A stretch of 64,000 nt of DNA from Hyphochytrium catenoides (taxonomy: Eukaryota > Protista > Hyphochytriomycota), in NCBI GenBank assembly GCA_900088475.1, contig FLMG01003436.1:1-64000 (forward strand), read 5' to 3'. The notes under the pieces are model-generated. The model searched no databases and was not told the origin of the DNA. It was given only the letters and a program-made list of their open reading frames with translations. Numbering within the stretch: position 1 is the stretch's first letter; each line of letters opens with the position of its first letter. Made by a program: the position numbers and the translations under genes. Positions 24,201 to 36,654 of the stretch are shown here, piece after piece.

Positions 24201-26476
24201 CCGCCATATCTTCAACTTTAACTGGCATGTGCACTTTCTTCTCTGGTTCAGAATAACCCGTACCTGCTAAGATTGCATATTGTCTTCAGAATCATGAGGC
24301 GGACCTCCAGAGTGATGCCTGGGCCAAGACGTGAGAGCAGCTCCAGTGCGGCAGCGAGAAGCTCCTCCAGCTCGAACGAGGACGAGCCGCCGCACGTCAG
24401 GTTGTGAAGGAAGGCGGTGGCGGTTCCAATATCCTCCTAAATATAGAGAGGTAGAAGGAAGAAGATAAGGTGTCAGAGTGGTCAGTTATATAAATAAGGC
24501 AGGTGGGCTTAAACGTGGATGAGTCGGTGCCGCCTCTCTCTCGTCTGCTGTCTGTCCTGATATCTCTTAGGCTCCATCTGATTCTTCTCCCTCTCTCACC
24601 TTCGGTACGGTAGAGAGAATTGGCCTCAGCACATTCTCTCTCAGTAAGACTCCCTCGTATCCGAAGACCTTGCTCATGTTATAAAAGGCGCTTGTGCAAC
24701 AATAGCGGATCTTTCTGTTGGAAGGAGGCGAACGAAGAAGGGAAAGGAGGCTCTGAATGGCAGAGGAGTCTTGCAGTATCTTGAGGCAGGTGGAGGAGTT
24801 CAGCGAGAAAGAGTAGAAGGCTACTGCCACGTTTGTCCTGATGGTGAGGTCCTTGCTCGCTGCCAGTTTGATGAGCGCCTGCCAACATCGGGAACAGAAT
24901 GGAGAGAAGCCAACGCGTGAGCGAGGGTAGTAGAAAGAGATATCTGCTAGAAATAAGAATAGAACAGAGTGAAGGCAATTGGGACCTTTTAAGCGGTACG
25001 GAACGGTGGCGCTTGCTACACCTTCAGAGGTTAAAGTTCGAGCTCTTTGATGGACGTAAGATAATAGAAATAAAGAGCAGAGCCTAGACTATAGTAGGCA
25101 TTTAGACTTCTGCCGGAAGATTGGTTAGACAAAGAAGGAAACAATGCAGCCTAGGAGTGAGGGCTTGTGATAAAGAAGACAAAAAGACAACGATTTATCA
25201 CCTGAATCCCTCCGCTTTCTGATATGCGTTCAGTGGTAGCATCCTGTGACGCTAGAATAGCAAGGACAGTCGCTGGATTAGGCCTTCCCTTCCTGTTGAT
25301 AAGGCTCATTCCCTTATGAAGTTCCCCTTCCCCTGCCTCCTCCTCCTCTTCTCTTTCTTGTTTCTCTGGTGAGGGAGCTGTGTTTGTTCCTCCCGGTATG
25401 CCGGAACCTAGGAGCTTCGTGAGTCCTCGATCTGTCTCATTGGTGGCGAACCTAGAAAGGTAGAGCAGGCCTCCGTTCTTTTCAGAGGACTTTTGTCCAA
25501 AGAGGTCGCCCTTATACTCCTTGAATATGCCTCTGGAGGAAGGAAACCGGGACCAGAGGAGAGCATCGTCAGCTAATGAGCAAGCTGAAGTCTAGCGAAG
25601 AGAGACTCCCACCCTCATAAAGGTTAGGAAACTATAGGCAAGATCTAGTGGGGAAAAGGACTGGCGGCAGAATTGAACGTTCGGCAAGAGATGGGAGACG
25701 GTAGTCCGGGGGAGGAGGGGAGAAAGAAGGGCTATGACAGAGTCAACCTAGAGATCAAGAGGCGAAGTAAGAACTACCGCTGAGCGTGATGAGGAAAGGA
25801 ACAGATCAACGGCCGAAGGGAATGAAGGAATAGTTGCCGTTTTAGGAGCTCGGACAGTCAATGTTCAAAGAAGTCTTCTTCGGAGTGTCCTCTGTACTAG
25901 AAGCCTTTTTTGTCCTCAGGACTCTCTCTCAATCTCTACGTACTTGTATGACTTGTCAGGATCCACCTTTAACGCCATTGCCGCGGCAACATCCGCCAGC
26001 TGTGCAGCTGGTTGCCTTGCTTTCAGGACTTTTTTCCTCAAGTGTTCAATGTGGTCATAGCCAACCACTGCTTTCGATCCGGCTCCTCCTCCTTCTTCGG
26101 TATCCTTCTCGCTTTCAGCGGACTTGTCTCCTCCTCCTCCTCCTCCGCCTATTCCTCCTTTCTTCAGGGCATTCAGCGTCATGCTTGAGCGGGAAGAGGA
26201 CGTCATCGAGGATCTTGTTCCTCGATTGCTGAAGGTTCTCCTTGATGCCAGAAGAAGGCGAGAAGAGCGAGAGCGGGAGGTGAGATTGCCTGCTCCTCCT
26301 TCACCTCCATCTCCTGCCTCCTCTGTTATAGCGGAGGCGGCATTTTTCTCGATATTTTTCTTCTTCAAGTTATTGGCCGCCCTCAAGGCCCGAACGGCCT
26401 GACTCGCCTCAGAACTTATGAGTGCGGTCTGCCGACGGCCAGGAGTTCTCTCGGTGGTCCGGCCCCTGGGATTCAT
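15282..26476 (-). CDS. Large armadillo (ARM)-repeat protein with low-complexity N- and C-terminal regions, roughly 20 exons
   Basis: Phase-consistent exons give repeated ARM-like helices (GGIQ|ALIKLAASKDLTIRTNVAVAFYSFS; CCTSAFYNMS; LRKICAVSFCNLALNP; CAESLQKLSCNP; TCCLGILANLS). ATG 26476 follows a splice-acceptor-like CCCTAG. The Ser/Pro-rich last exon ends at TAG 15282-15284. Confidence 0.85.
22302..22336. repeat. 18-nt tandem duplication in an ARM-gene intron
   Basis: ggcagttcaggccacata followed by ggcagttcaggccacag. Confidence 0.8.
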
Positions 26477-27481
26477 GCTTCCTGGTTCCTAGGGAGAAGT
26501 CCAGGTAGACAGGGCTCTTATAGTCTACTGTTCTGGAACCAGCCCTTCTCCCTAACCTAGCTTTAAATTTCTCTGCTCATCAATCCCGTCTTTGAATCTC
26601 TTTCCACATGCACCAGGTGCTAACAGAAAGAAGATCCGCGGCGTGACAGTGTGGCAACAGTATCATCCAACCGAGTGCATCAGCTACATAGATGCCTTTA
26701 GTTTACCGTGCGATACTTCTACGAACAACCGATTGCATCAAGGGACCAAACCCAAACATGTTAGGAGAGTCGGAATCTGGGCAAAAGAACTGGTATTGCT
26801 GAGGGTGCTACGCATGCAATCCCTCCATCCAGAGTTCCCTGCCTCTTGGTCCTCTTCTTTGATACCCATAGGGAGACCAAGGCTTGTCTTCTTCCCTCAG
26901 CCATCTTCCCCTCTCGCCGTCTGCTTGTCCGTCCGTCCAGAGTCCTCTTCTAACATTGCCTATTATCGCGATCGCTCTATCTGCTAGTGCTTGTCGCACT
27001 ATTGTGGTGGGTCCCTCGCTCTCTGGCTTGCTCATTCCCTCGCTCCCTGCTCTGTACCTCTGTCTGTCTCTTGGCTCCACACTCCCTTCCCTGCATCCAA
27101 AGCTCTCTCGCTCTCTCACTGGCGGTGCGGCAGCGGCAGGAGAACCAGCTCGCAAGCCTCACACGGAGAACAGAAATGTAACGTCCCCAGCACCCCACTT
27201 ACCCCACCCATTTTGCTATGACAAATCCGATTACCTTTATTTGTGACACTACCAATAAAGTCTTTGCTTATCCCTAACAAGAGGAAACTCATCCAGAGCT
27301 CCTCCCGTAGTGCACGTCGTAGCAATCGTTACATCCTTGTTCATATCATTGCTACTTGCGTATATGGACCACCGATGGAGTGGAATTGTTATTATATATT
27401 GTGAGCTGGAGGAGGTCCTCAGAAGGGTGATTCTTGAGTGGAGGTGATCTATGGTCTCCTCCCACTTCAAGCTCCCTCTAA

Positions 27482-27570
27482 CTCTCTTCCTGGCTCTCTC
27501 TCTCTCCCTCTCTGGCTCTGGCTCTCTCTGTCTCTGTCTCTGTCTCTCTCTGTCTCTCTCTCTCTCTCTC
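27482..27570. repeat. (CT)n / (CTCTGT)n microsatellite
   Basis: Directly visible; lies between the divergent ARM and IQ genes. Confidence 0.9.
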
Positions 27571-28078
27571 CAGCTTCTGCAGATGATGGATTCTTGGCCT
27601 CAGGAGCGACAGCGTGACAGAACGAGAGGAGGAAATGAGCGGGAGCCAGGGCCCAAGACCAGCCAGCAGCACGTTATAAAGGAATGCATCAGTAGGCTAG
27701 GCGGACGAAGTGAGGAGGACAACGCAGGGGAAGGCTCTTCTCTCTTCTGTCCCCGGCTAGGCCACTATTAGGTAGTGGCGGCCTGATAGCGAAGGAATAA
27801 AGGAAAGAAAGAGGAACCTGATCAGAAGGGTTCGAACGGGAAGATGGCGTCAGAGGTCGTAAGCACAGCATAACTGGCGTGCCTCCCAATGGTTTAAACC
27901 TTCTTGAGAAGCGTGCCTCTGCGGCACTCGCTCTAGCGAACGCTTTGCGTCAGGTCAACTCTAAATTATGGCTCGTCTGCGGCAGTTCTCCAGGAGATGC
28001 GGCAGAAAGTGACCCAAGATGACGTAGTCTCAGCAAGGTTCGGCTTGGTCTAGTTGACCCAGACCCTACTCTCTAAAA

Positions 28079-31000
28079 ATGGCTCTATCTGGATCAAAGA
28101 GTCCCACGCAGCGGCCACCAGGTGAGGAGGTGAAGCTAGCATGTTGAGCGATGCGCTGAGCGAGAACAGCTCCCTTAGAACACTCACGCAGCTTGACCCT
28201 TGGTGGTCTATCTATTCTTTCCTACGGCTCACTCCCTCTCTCTGTCTCTCGGTCTCTTTCTGTGGGTCTCTCTCTCTCCACCTAACTATCTTCTCTCCCT
28301 CTCTTCCTCCCCTGTTCTCAAAAGTCTCTCTCTTCTACTTTTTGTCTCTCTCGCTGTTGTTTGCACAAAAAACGTATTCTGCTCCTCGTCACTGCCCTCG
28401 CTAAATCTCCTCATTACCTTCCTCTCTCGGGATTACCTCAGAGCCTCCCAGCCCAAGCATCAGTCTAGCCCTTAAGAGCAAGAAGATTCCCTCCCCAGAG
28501 AAGCTGAAGCAGAAGGTTGAGGCCGCGAGGAAAGCAGTGCCAGAAGACTCACATTTTTGGGGGTTTTCTGTCTACTATTCGCCAGAGAGGGACGAGGTGA
28601 GAGAGAGAAGGCTGAGGGCATGGGCTTGAAGGTCTTCTTACCTAAACTTTTGCCTTAGCATGCTCGTTTGACCATCTTTTAGACAGACGTCCGTCCTGAT
28701 TTCAATCCACTCTCACCCCACTTGAAGAGCTTCCAAGCGTATTGACGATCTTTACCTGACAACCTTCTATAACCTAGCAACGCCGTCAGGCGGAGGAGGC
28801 GGAGAGGTTGGAGAACGCAAGGCTTCAGTCCGCAATAAAGGACAGAGAAAGGCTTCAGAGAGAGGCGAGGCAGAAAGAGCAGAGAGAGCAGGACGAGGTT
28901 GTTGGCCGTAGCTCTCCTATTCTCATTGCTATCGTTTTGACCCCGCAATCAATCTAATAGCATACGCCTGCACCTGCGTCTGCTTAACCTCGTCGTTCTC
29001 CTAATGTTCATTGGTCGTCCGATCTTGTGCCACGCCTTTTGAAACCACTTCCTTTCACACGTTAGGACTTCGAGAAATTTACCTATTATTGCACACGCTA
29101 TGGTCCATTGGATGCTCTACTCTTCAGCTGCACAGGCAGGCCAGGTGCAGGTGAGATGGCCTCTTGAGACTGAGTTCATCCCCACTTCCTCTCCCGGCCC
29201 AAAACTTGTCAGTTTTCTCTACTTTTCTTTAGTGACCTTTCACTTAGCTCAGCTAGCTTTCCTTTAGTGTACGAGCTGATGGTCTATCACTACGGCAAAA
29301 AGTTGCAGCTATGGGCGAAGGAAAGGCTACGCAGAGAGAGGTGAGACTGTCACTGATCCCATCAAATTGGCTTGCTTAGCTTGCCCAACTTTCGTCTTCT
29401 AGCTCCCCTGACCTTGGGAATTATGCTGGTTTTAACGTACATATCAGGGTGAAGCGCTGCCGAGCCGCTTCAGCACTCTATTGGCGTGGCATTGAGCAAG
29501 AAGCCTGTCACTTCTATCTTCGGCGCCATGCACTGGAGAGAAGAAGAGAGATCATATTACACAGAATGACACTGCAGAGACTTCATCCAATTTTTAGACT
29601 GTGGTCCTGCCTCTCCAAGAAGGCAAAGGGCTGCAAGAGAATCAGGGCAAGGTTGGTGGAAAACCTAGCTTACCGACTTCCTTCTCCTTCCAACTCCACC
29701 TTAGTTGGCTGGCTAAAATAGACCCTCTACGTACGTTGACTTAACCCATTGCTTAATTTCTGTTGCTCTGGGCCGGATGCAAGCTAGCTAGCGCGCCACT
29801 GGAACTGTGTCCTTCAATCTCTCTGCTCGAGTCGATTGTCCTTATTCATCTCTCCGACCTCTGCTCAATTGTTATCACCATTCCTTGGTGCTGCCCCTAT
29901 CTGCTGAGAATGTTTTGTCACGCTTATTATTCTCATCAGAGTGGACCATCGGGACTTGGAGAAGGCAATTCAAGGCATTAGAGAGGCATTGTCACAGAAA
30001 TTGATGAAGGTAAGCATCACTGGAGCTTGTTCTGACCTTCTCAATCCTGCCTCTTGCTAAGCTGTATCATGTTGTAGGAAGAGAAATCCTTCGTCTACGA
30101 TAAGAAGCGAATCATTCTTACGCCCATTCGCTGCTGGAAGAGGTACACTCTTGTCTCCAAGAAGGTATATTTTGATCCATGAGAATTTCCTTGCGCCTAC
30201 CTTGCCGCTTGCTCATCACTGGTGCAACTGACGTATTCAATGGAGTAGATAGCAAAGATGCGTTCGGTGTCCCTTAGTAAGAGGAAGCTAGAAATCTTGT
30301 CGAGATGGCACTCTTTTTTACTGCTTCAGCGGCTTGAGTACAGAGCAGCAGCCACTATCCAAAGAGTTCTTCGGGGCCGCAGAGTCCGACGCCATCTCAA
30401 GAAAATGAAGGCTGCAGGTACGCACTGGTTCTCTTTTTACTAATCTCGCTTGGATCTGCTCTTCTCCAGTAGACGCCATCGTCTCTTATTTGATCTATCT
30501 TGGGAGTCTCTTTGTCTTTCCTCCCTTGTATTCCTTCTTTCCTCGTTCTTCCATCGCATCTCTCTTGTATCACTTGTGTCTTTAGATTTGACATTGAGAT
30601 GAAGGACAGGATGATCCTTCCTACGTAGTGTTCTCGGCGCACTCCGCGTTCTCCCTTTCCGTGTCTAGTATCGTTTCAGGCATTTACCTCGCTTCATATG
30701 GATGTCCTCAGCTCTTACCATTCAGCGTGTCTACCGGGGACATCGAGTTCGGAGGAAAGTTAGAAAGCTTATTCAGGAGAAAGCTCTTGAGCTGGTCAGT
30801 TGAATGAGAGAGGAACAGGAGTTTGTGTGATACCCATGAAGCGGGCAAGACAGGGAAGCATGAACGGATGAAAAGGGAGGGAAAGGAAAGGACTGAGGAA
30901 GGAGGAATGGGTGAAGTGACCCTTCATTAACTCCCAGCATTGATTTCATTCCTCTCGCTTCAAACAGGAACAGTCGTACAATGCCCAGGCAGCGCAAACG

Positions 31001-32038
31001 AAGACAATGATAGAGGCGGAACAGGCGAGGGCAAAAAGGGAAGAGGTAACATGAGATCCTTTAGTTAAGAGTATGACTGGCCAGTTTCCGCTTCCATTGT
31101 GAACCTACGGGCCTTACCTCTCTTTTTGATAGCTTGTCAGAAGGCTGGCCTCATTTATTATTCGCCCTATGTTGCCGTTCTGCTCTCTTCTGCAAGGCTG
31201 CTGTCCAGGCTGCGGGCCAGAAGCGTCGCCAACAGGTGATCCAAATGGCAGGGCAGAAGTTGCTATCGAACCCAGTGAAGGCGGCAATAAAAGCGAGAAT
31301 GAAGAAGCTAGAGCAAGACACAGGTAGCACTCAGACCTTTGCTTCCTTTTCCATCCTCCCGTGAAGGCATGACAACGTCTTGCCTAAAGCCTAAGCACAC
31401 TTTTCTGCCTCTCGTAGCTGGTAGTGTCACATTCTTTCGAACCGTGCATCTCGTAACCTTTTAGCGGCCGGGTGGCCCTTCATCTCCAGCGGTGGAGGTC
31501 TCCTCGGAAATTGTCTGTTTGTCTGTTCTTGATGATCCAATCTCATGCTGTCATGGCAATCTGTCTTGTGTCCCCCATCGTGCACAGTAGGCAAAAAGAT
31601 CCCTGCCGCTCAGCTTCTGCAGCAAGCTACTACGCAAGTCACTGAGGAAGAAGTGGCCAAGGCTGAGGAGAATGCGAGGGCCGAGTTCAGACGACAAGCT
31701 CCGCCTGCTGCCTCATGCAGGGACTGCGGTATGGCTATGGCCTTACAGGTACGGTCCGTGCCCTCTCCTTTCTCCCTTGCCCGTTTTTTAGTTATGGCAT
31801 TCGCCTGCCACGAACTGGATTCATACACATGAAGTTACTAGACGCCCTATTATCATCCCTCTGTATACCCTCTCCCTCCTTGCCTCTATTCACTCGCTGC
31901 TTGCTCAACCCACAGGAACAGCTACAGGCCCACAAGTGTGGGGAGCAGTCCAAAGATTTGGTTACGAGGTGGGAGAAGGAGCAGATGGCAAGAAGGGAAG
32001 AGCACCAACAGAGATTGAAGATGCTAAGAAAGCTGTAG
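28079..32038 (+). CDS. IQ-motif / Sfi1-like basic helical repeat protein with a C-terminal C2HC zinc finger (probable calmodulin/centrin-binding, basal-body type)
   Basis: aaaaATGG start at 28079. Spliced exons give IQ motif AAATIQRVLRGRRVRR, periodic Trp in basic helices (FRLW, IRCWKRY, LSRWHSF) and CRDCGMAMALQ|EQLQAHKC. Stop TAG 32036-32038. Confidence 0.7.
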
Positions 32039-32542
32039 AGGGACTAGTCAACATGACGTAAAGCGAGGCAATGCGGAATGGAGGTCTCGCATGAGTGAAA
32101 TCGGATCTACTTATCCCAGGGCTGCAAGTCCGCGCCAGGACGGAAGAGCAAAGGTCCTCAGTCTTCCATGGCCTTAGCAACAGATTCTTATAAGACTTTG
32201 TCTGAAGCAACTGGACATCGCCTGCCTTTGCCAAAGGTGCTGGTCTGGGGCCACAGACCTATTTATGGTAATACAATCCGCTGAAAGCAACGCAATAAAC
32301 TGCTGCCTAAGCCTAGTCTCAGACTGCATAAGGGTGGACTTATAGGCTAGTAGACAATGGCGGACACCGCTGCAACTAAGCGAGGCTAGGGATAGTCCGC
32401 AGTACGATTCAAGGGGAATCAGGGTGACAGGGATGGTTACACTTGCGATTGCTTAAAACTGACCAGCTTGCCACTGTGGAGTGAAGAGAGTATCATTCAG
32501 TCTTAAATTTGGCTTCAGGAAGCTACTCGAACTTCAACCCTT

Positions 32543-35500
32543 TTAATGAAGAATCTTTTGCTCAAGGATATGGTGAACTAGGGCATGGTAATCTCTTTCC
32601 TTCTCTCGGCTAGGACTAGCAGACTTTATTCTTGGGGTCACCTGATACTCAAGTGAGTTCAGACCCACCGTCAGCTGTAACAGGAACCACATATCGCTTT
32701 CCTGACATCACGGAGAAAGGCCAATGTTAGCTTACGATGGCAAACAAACAAAGAGTCTGGAGGTGCCAAAGGGCCCATTAAGTGTCCGAACAGCTTGAAG
32801 ATCATAATCATAAATGAGCACTTGCGGTACAGGGACATAATTTAAATATAAAACGGCATGAAAGTAAGATCACTCCCGAATTGAGAAGAAGCACAGCCCG
32901 GACAACACGTAGCGAGGCAAATGATGTATAACAGGGGAACCGGAGACCAGGCTGTAACTATAGAGGAATCTGGGAATATGTGGAGGGTAAGGACGAGAAA
33001 GCAGGGATAAAACCTTCTCCCAAGCATAGAAAAACAAGCGCAGCTCTGAATTAACAGAGCCGCTGGCTATGCAGAAGATAGCAGCCTCCTCAAAAGCTAA
33101 GCGTATGTTCAGCTCGTCGGGCTTTGAGCTACCTACTAAGGACCAACCCGGTCTGGGAGGGGGGAGCAAGAGATCAGTCTTACAAAAATAAAGGTAGAGG
33201 GGGAAGCAGCATCAAGGAAGTTATCTGGGAGCGCACATCTCTAAAAAGAAGAGCCCAAGCTTACCCTGGTTGTGAAGAGTTCCAATAGCTCTCAAAAACT
33301 CCAGCTGCCAATTGAGCATCCGAAGCAAGCTTCAAAGTTCCTGTCCAGAACGAGAGAGGTTAAAATGAAACGTCACCTCTTGCAAGCTCCACTTGGCTCA
33401 GTTCGGAACGCCTGGCAAGATTCACTCTGAAGGTCCCTGTGCTATTTTCCCATTCCTCCTTACTTAATTCGACCCCTAAATATAAGCCTCGGCAAGTTGC
33501 CTTTTTGACTTAGCGTGTAAGTTTTATGATCGCCTCTTTGTACCTTTTGGAGGGGCAGGTTTCACGTCTTTGCTCTGCTTCTTTAAATGCCTTTCAGGGC
33601 TGGTAACACTGATGCCATTATTGTTTGTGGCAGGCTTGAGACTAGGAAGCTGGCGCCGTGTGGCATCCTCCCTAAGGGTCACAAATGTCACATATAGGAG
33701 GCTGAAGAACAACCCCTTAAGCTGGCGATACCAGAAGTCTCAGTACTGGGTAGGTCTATCTGAAGGAGCCAACATAAGGAGTAACATGCGTATTGCCAAG
33801 AGTAGGGGGACCGACGTACTCTGCTGGAGGCATCGTAGTTACGGACTTCAAATCTGCCCTCGTTGTATCAGTTTTTATCGTATCTTCCTGTGACCTGTGA
33901 GGTACCGAAAGCTGAAATTCTCCTGTTGCTTCATCTTTAATAATTGCTTGCTTCTCTTCCGGTCTGCCTTTCTCTCCCTTACTAGTTATACCCTTAGACG
34001 GTTTGGAGGAAGACAGCTTGCCTCCACCTCTTGGTGTAGCGAGAAAAAGGCTTGAAAGTAGCAGTCTTGTGCCACCCAGTCGCTTACGCGTGATAAACAC
34101 CACGCTGGACAGGAGGGCTAGACCGAGCAGAAGTAGTAGCAGGATCACCTCTATAGAGAGCAATATCAAGAGGGCACAAGCAAACAAGACAGGCAGGTGT
34201 ATTAGCGAAAGAAGACGTAAGGCTATGCAACAGAAAAGATGGGAAGTGTCAGACGTGTTGAAGAGCCTAAAGGTTAACTCGGATAACCAGCGTCATCAAC
34301 AAGAGGTACTAGTAACAGCTACGCAGTATCTCAACAATTCACGTCAGAGGTCAAAGAAATGGTAGAAGAAGACGGAGAGAGGTACCCGGCGAGGCCTCTC
34401 CTTCTTCAATATCTGTGCTGGATAAAGCCAAGGCTGTCCTAATCATTTCTTCAGTGCCATCGGGTCGGATCCGCGATACTCTCTCCCGTTCGGCACCGGT
34501 AACCACCTCCAGACTGATTTCTGATGCACTGGCTGCGCTTGCTGCAAACTTTACTACGCTAGTGTATTTCTTCCCATCACGCAGGAGAGAGGGGTCCAAC
34601 CGGATGTAACAGGACAGAGAACTCTCTGGAGAGAGGAGCAGAGGTAGAATATGATTACAGCTAAAGCTAAGCCAGGACACAGTCGGCCTTGCGCCGATGG
34701 GCGCGTCGTCGACCTCTTCCCAGGAATGGAAAAGGGTCAGAGTTTCGCTGCCGCTATTATAGAGCTTCACAGCCACCACTTTTTCTCGGCTCTCTCTTGT
34801 CAAGTCAACACTAACCGATCGAGCGTCAAAAGATAACTCCCCTGAGCACACAATAACGAACGACGAATCAGCCACGGAGAGGACACGTAAGCCATACTTC
34901 CACTTAGATGAATGTGCGGAGAGAGGCATAGCCTTTCAAAGTCTCATCCAACAGAAGGAAAAGCGTTTTTAAAAAAGAGAAAGGGACAGGAGGCTCTGAG
35001 AAGAGGGTCAAATCTCCTGGATCATGGAGCTCAAAGAGGATCGGCTTACCAGCAGCAAAGAAATTAGACGACAGATAAGGCCATAACAAGACTGATATAG
35101 ATTGGTGTTCGTCATCACATCCCTCACCTAGCGCCAAGCCGTTCTTTGACTTCGTTTTCAGTACCGCGGTTGAGGGCTTCCAAGTTCTGCTGAGGTATTT
35201 CCATGACCGGCTTCGACGGGCTGCAGAAAGCTGAGCAACGATAGACTCAAAGTTCTTCCGCACGTCGCGCTCCGAGCTAAAGGGTCCTATGCCCATGAAG
35301 GCTAGGGTACCATGATCCTGGGGTGAGAGGTTATAGATTTTTATCCTGTCGGTCTTGAGCTCAAGAGTAGAAGCGATATCGGTGGAGAGCGTCTCGAGAA
35401 ACTCACGCCGCCGACTCGGAGCTACCAAGCCACCGTATGGGAGGTCCAGCAGCAACGATATCTGGCCCAGATAGTACCTCAAGGAGCCATCATCACCTGT

Positions 35501-35740
35501 TATATCAGCCTGAGAACGATCCTGCCCAATGACGTGATCATCAAAGCGCGTGACGTCTTTGATGTCCAGACCTCTTAGAGAAGTCTGAGCCTCCCCGGTA
35601 GCAGGCGGAGCAAACTGTAACCCCCAACCATCGGAGACATCCGAGGTATAAGCGTGGACCAGTTGTCCTAACAGGACTACGGTTGCGATCCTGACAAAAA
35701 TCGAGAACAGCACTCTACATTCTCTCTTTGTGCGCATCAT
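32543..35740 (-). CDS. Type I single-pass membrane protein with a C-terminal beta-adaptin appendage (platform)-like domain
   Basis: Signal peptide (IATVVLLGQLVHA), luminal SEA-like and Ig/BACON-like segments, TM EVILLLLLGLALLSSVVFIT followed by RKR, disordered linker, then LASDAQLAAGVFESYWNS...IRLAFEEAAIFCIASGSVNSELRLFFYAWEK|ESDMWFLLQLTV...IKS...LVHHILEQKILH. All 8 exons join in phase through GT-AG introns. Confidence 0.75.
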
Positions 35741-36321
35741 GCCAACGCGGAAGCTCTTTCGCCTTGCCCACTAGAAGGGCTTAATCATGTCATAATGGTG
35801 CCAGATACAGTTGTGCGATGCCGCTCTAGCGCGTACAGCTGTGTCTTAGCCTCTGGGGGGTTGCCCCTGACCGCCTTTGAACCTTGGAGCGCCTACGAAT
35901 GGAGTGCCCAGTTGTTCTCAAGTGCAAGGCGATCTGGATAATGCAGCTTCTAACCCGTTCCCCTCAGCGGTTTTCTGATGGGGCAATGTCGATCTTCACT
36001 TGCTGCGTCGCCAAGACATTAAGAATTTATTTGTACTCTTTCTTCGCCAGATCTTCAGTGCAAGGTATAGAACTAGTCAAGAGCTTTCTTCTATAAAAGG
36101 CCTTAAAATCTGCAGCGAGCTCAACGGCAGCCGCAATGAAGAATCTGTCAAAATCTGTCCCTTCTGAACTATCCAGAAACTGGCGGATTATTCCTTTCAC
36201 GTAGCTCTTAACATTGCGGAATACATATAGGTAGCTCAGCCAAAAGCTATACTACTACGATATCATGTAGTTCATAGTCCTAATATCGTCGCTTGTGGCA
36301 TGCTAAGGATGTGAGACCTGA

Positions 36322-36359
36322 CAATGATCTTTCTTACTGGCAATGATCTTTCTTATCGG
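36322..36359. repeat. 19-nt tandem duplication
   Basis: caatgatctttcttactgg / caatgatctttcttatcgg. Confidence 0.8.
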
Positions 36360-36654
36360 CGATAAAAAAGGCGGATGACGGCATTGGCCTGTTATTCATC
36401 CATCTGTTTCTTTAGGGGGTGCTAAGCTAATAAACATACCACTTAACCTCAGAGAGGAGCGCACATGACCAGCTTAAGGTTCTTTCTTAGTTCTTACCAT
36501 CACCACGAAACGACATTCATAAGCTAGTCAAGAAGTCTTACTAGCAACAACCACGTCTTATATTACTATACATGCAACGCCTAGGAGGCGTGAAGAATAA
36601 AATAATGAGGAACTAAGCTCTATCGCAGCCACTAAGCTAATCTCAACAACTTGC

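Noticed and set aside
27451-27771. 106-aa ORF with an LS-repeat 'signal peptide'
   Set aside because: The hydrophobic stretch is translated (CT)n microsatellite; the IQ gene has a better start at 28079.
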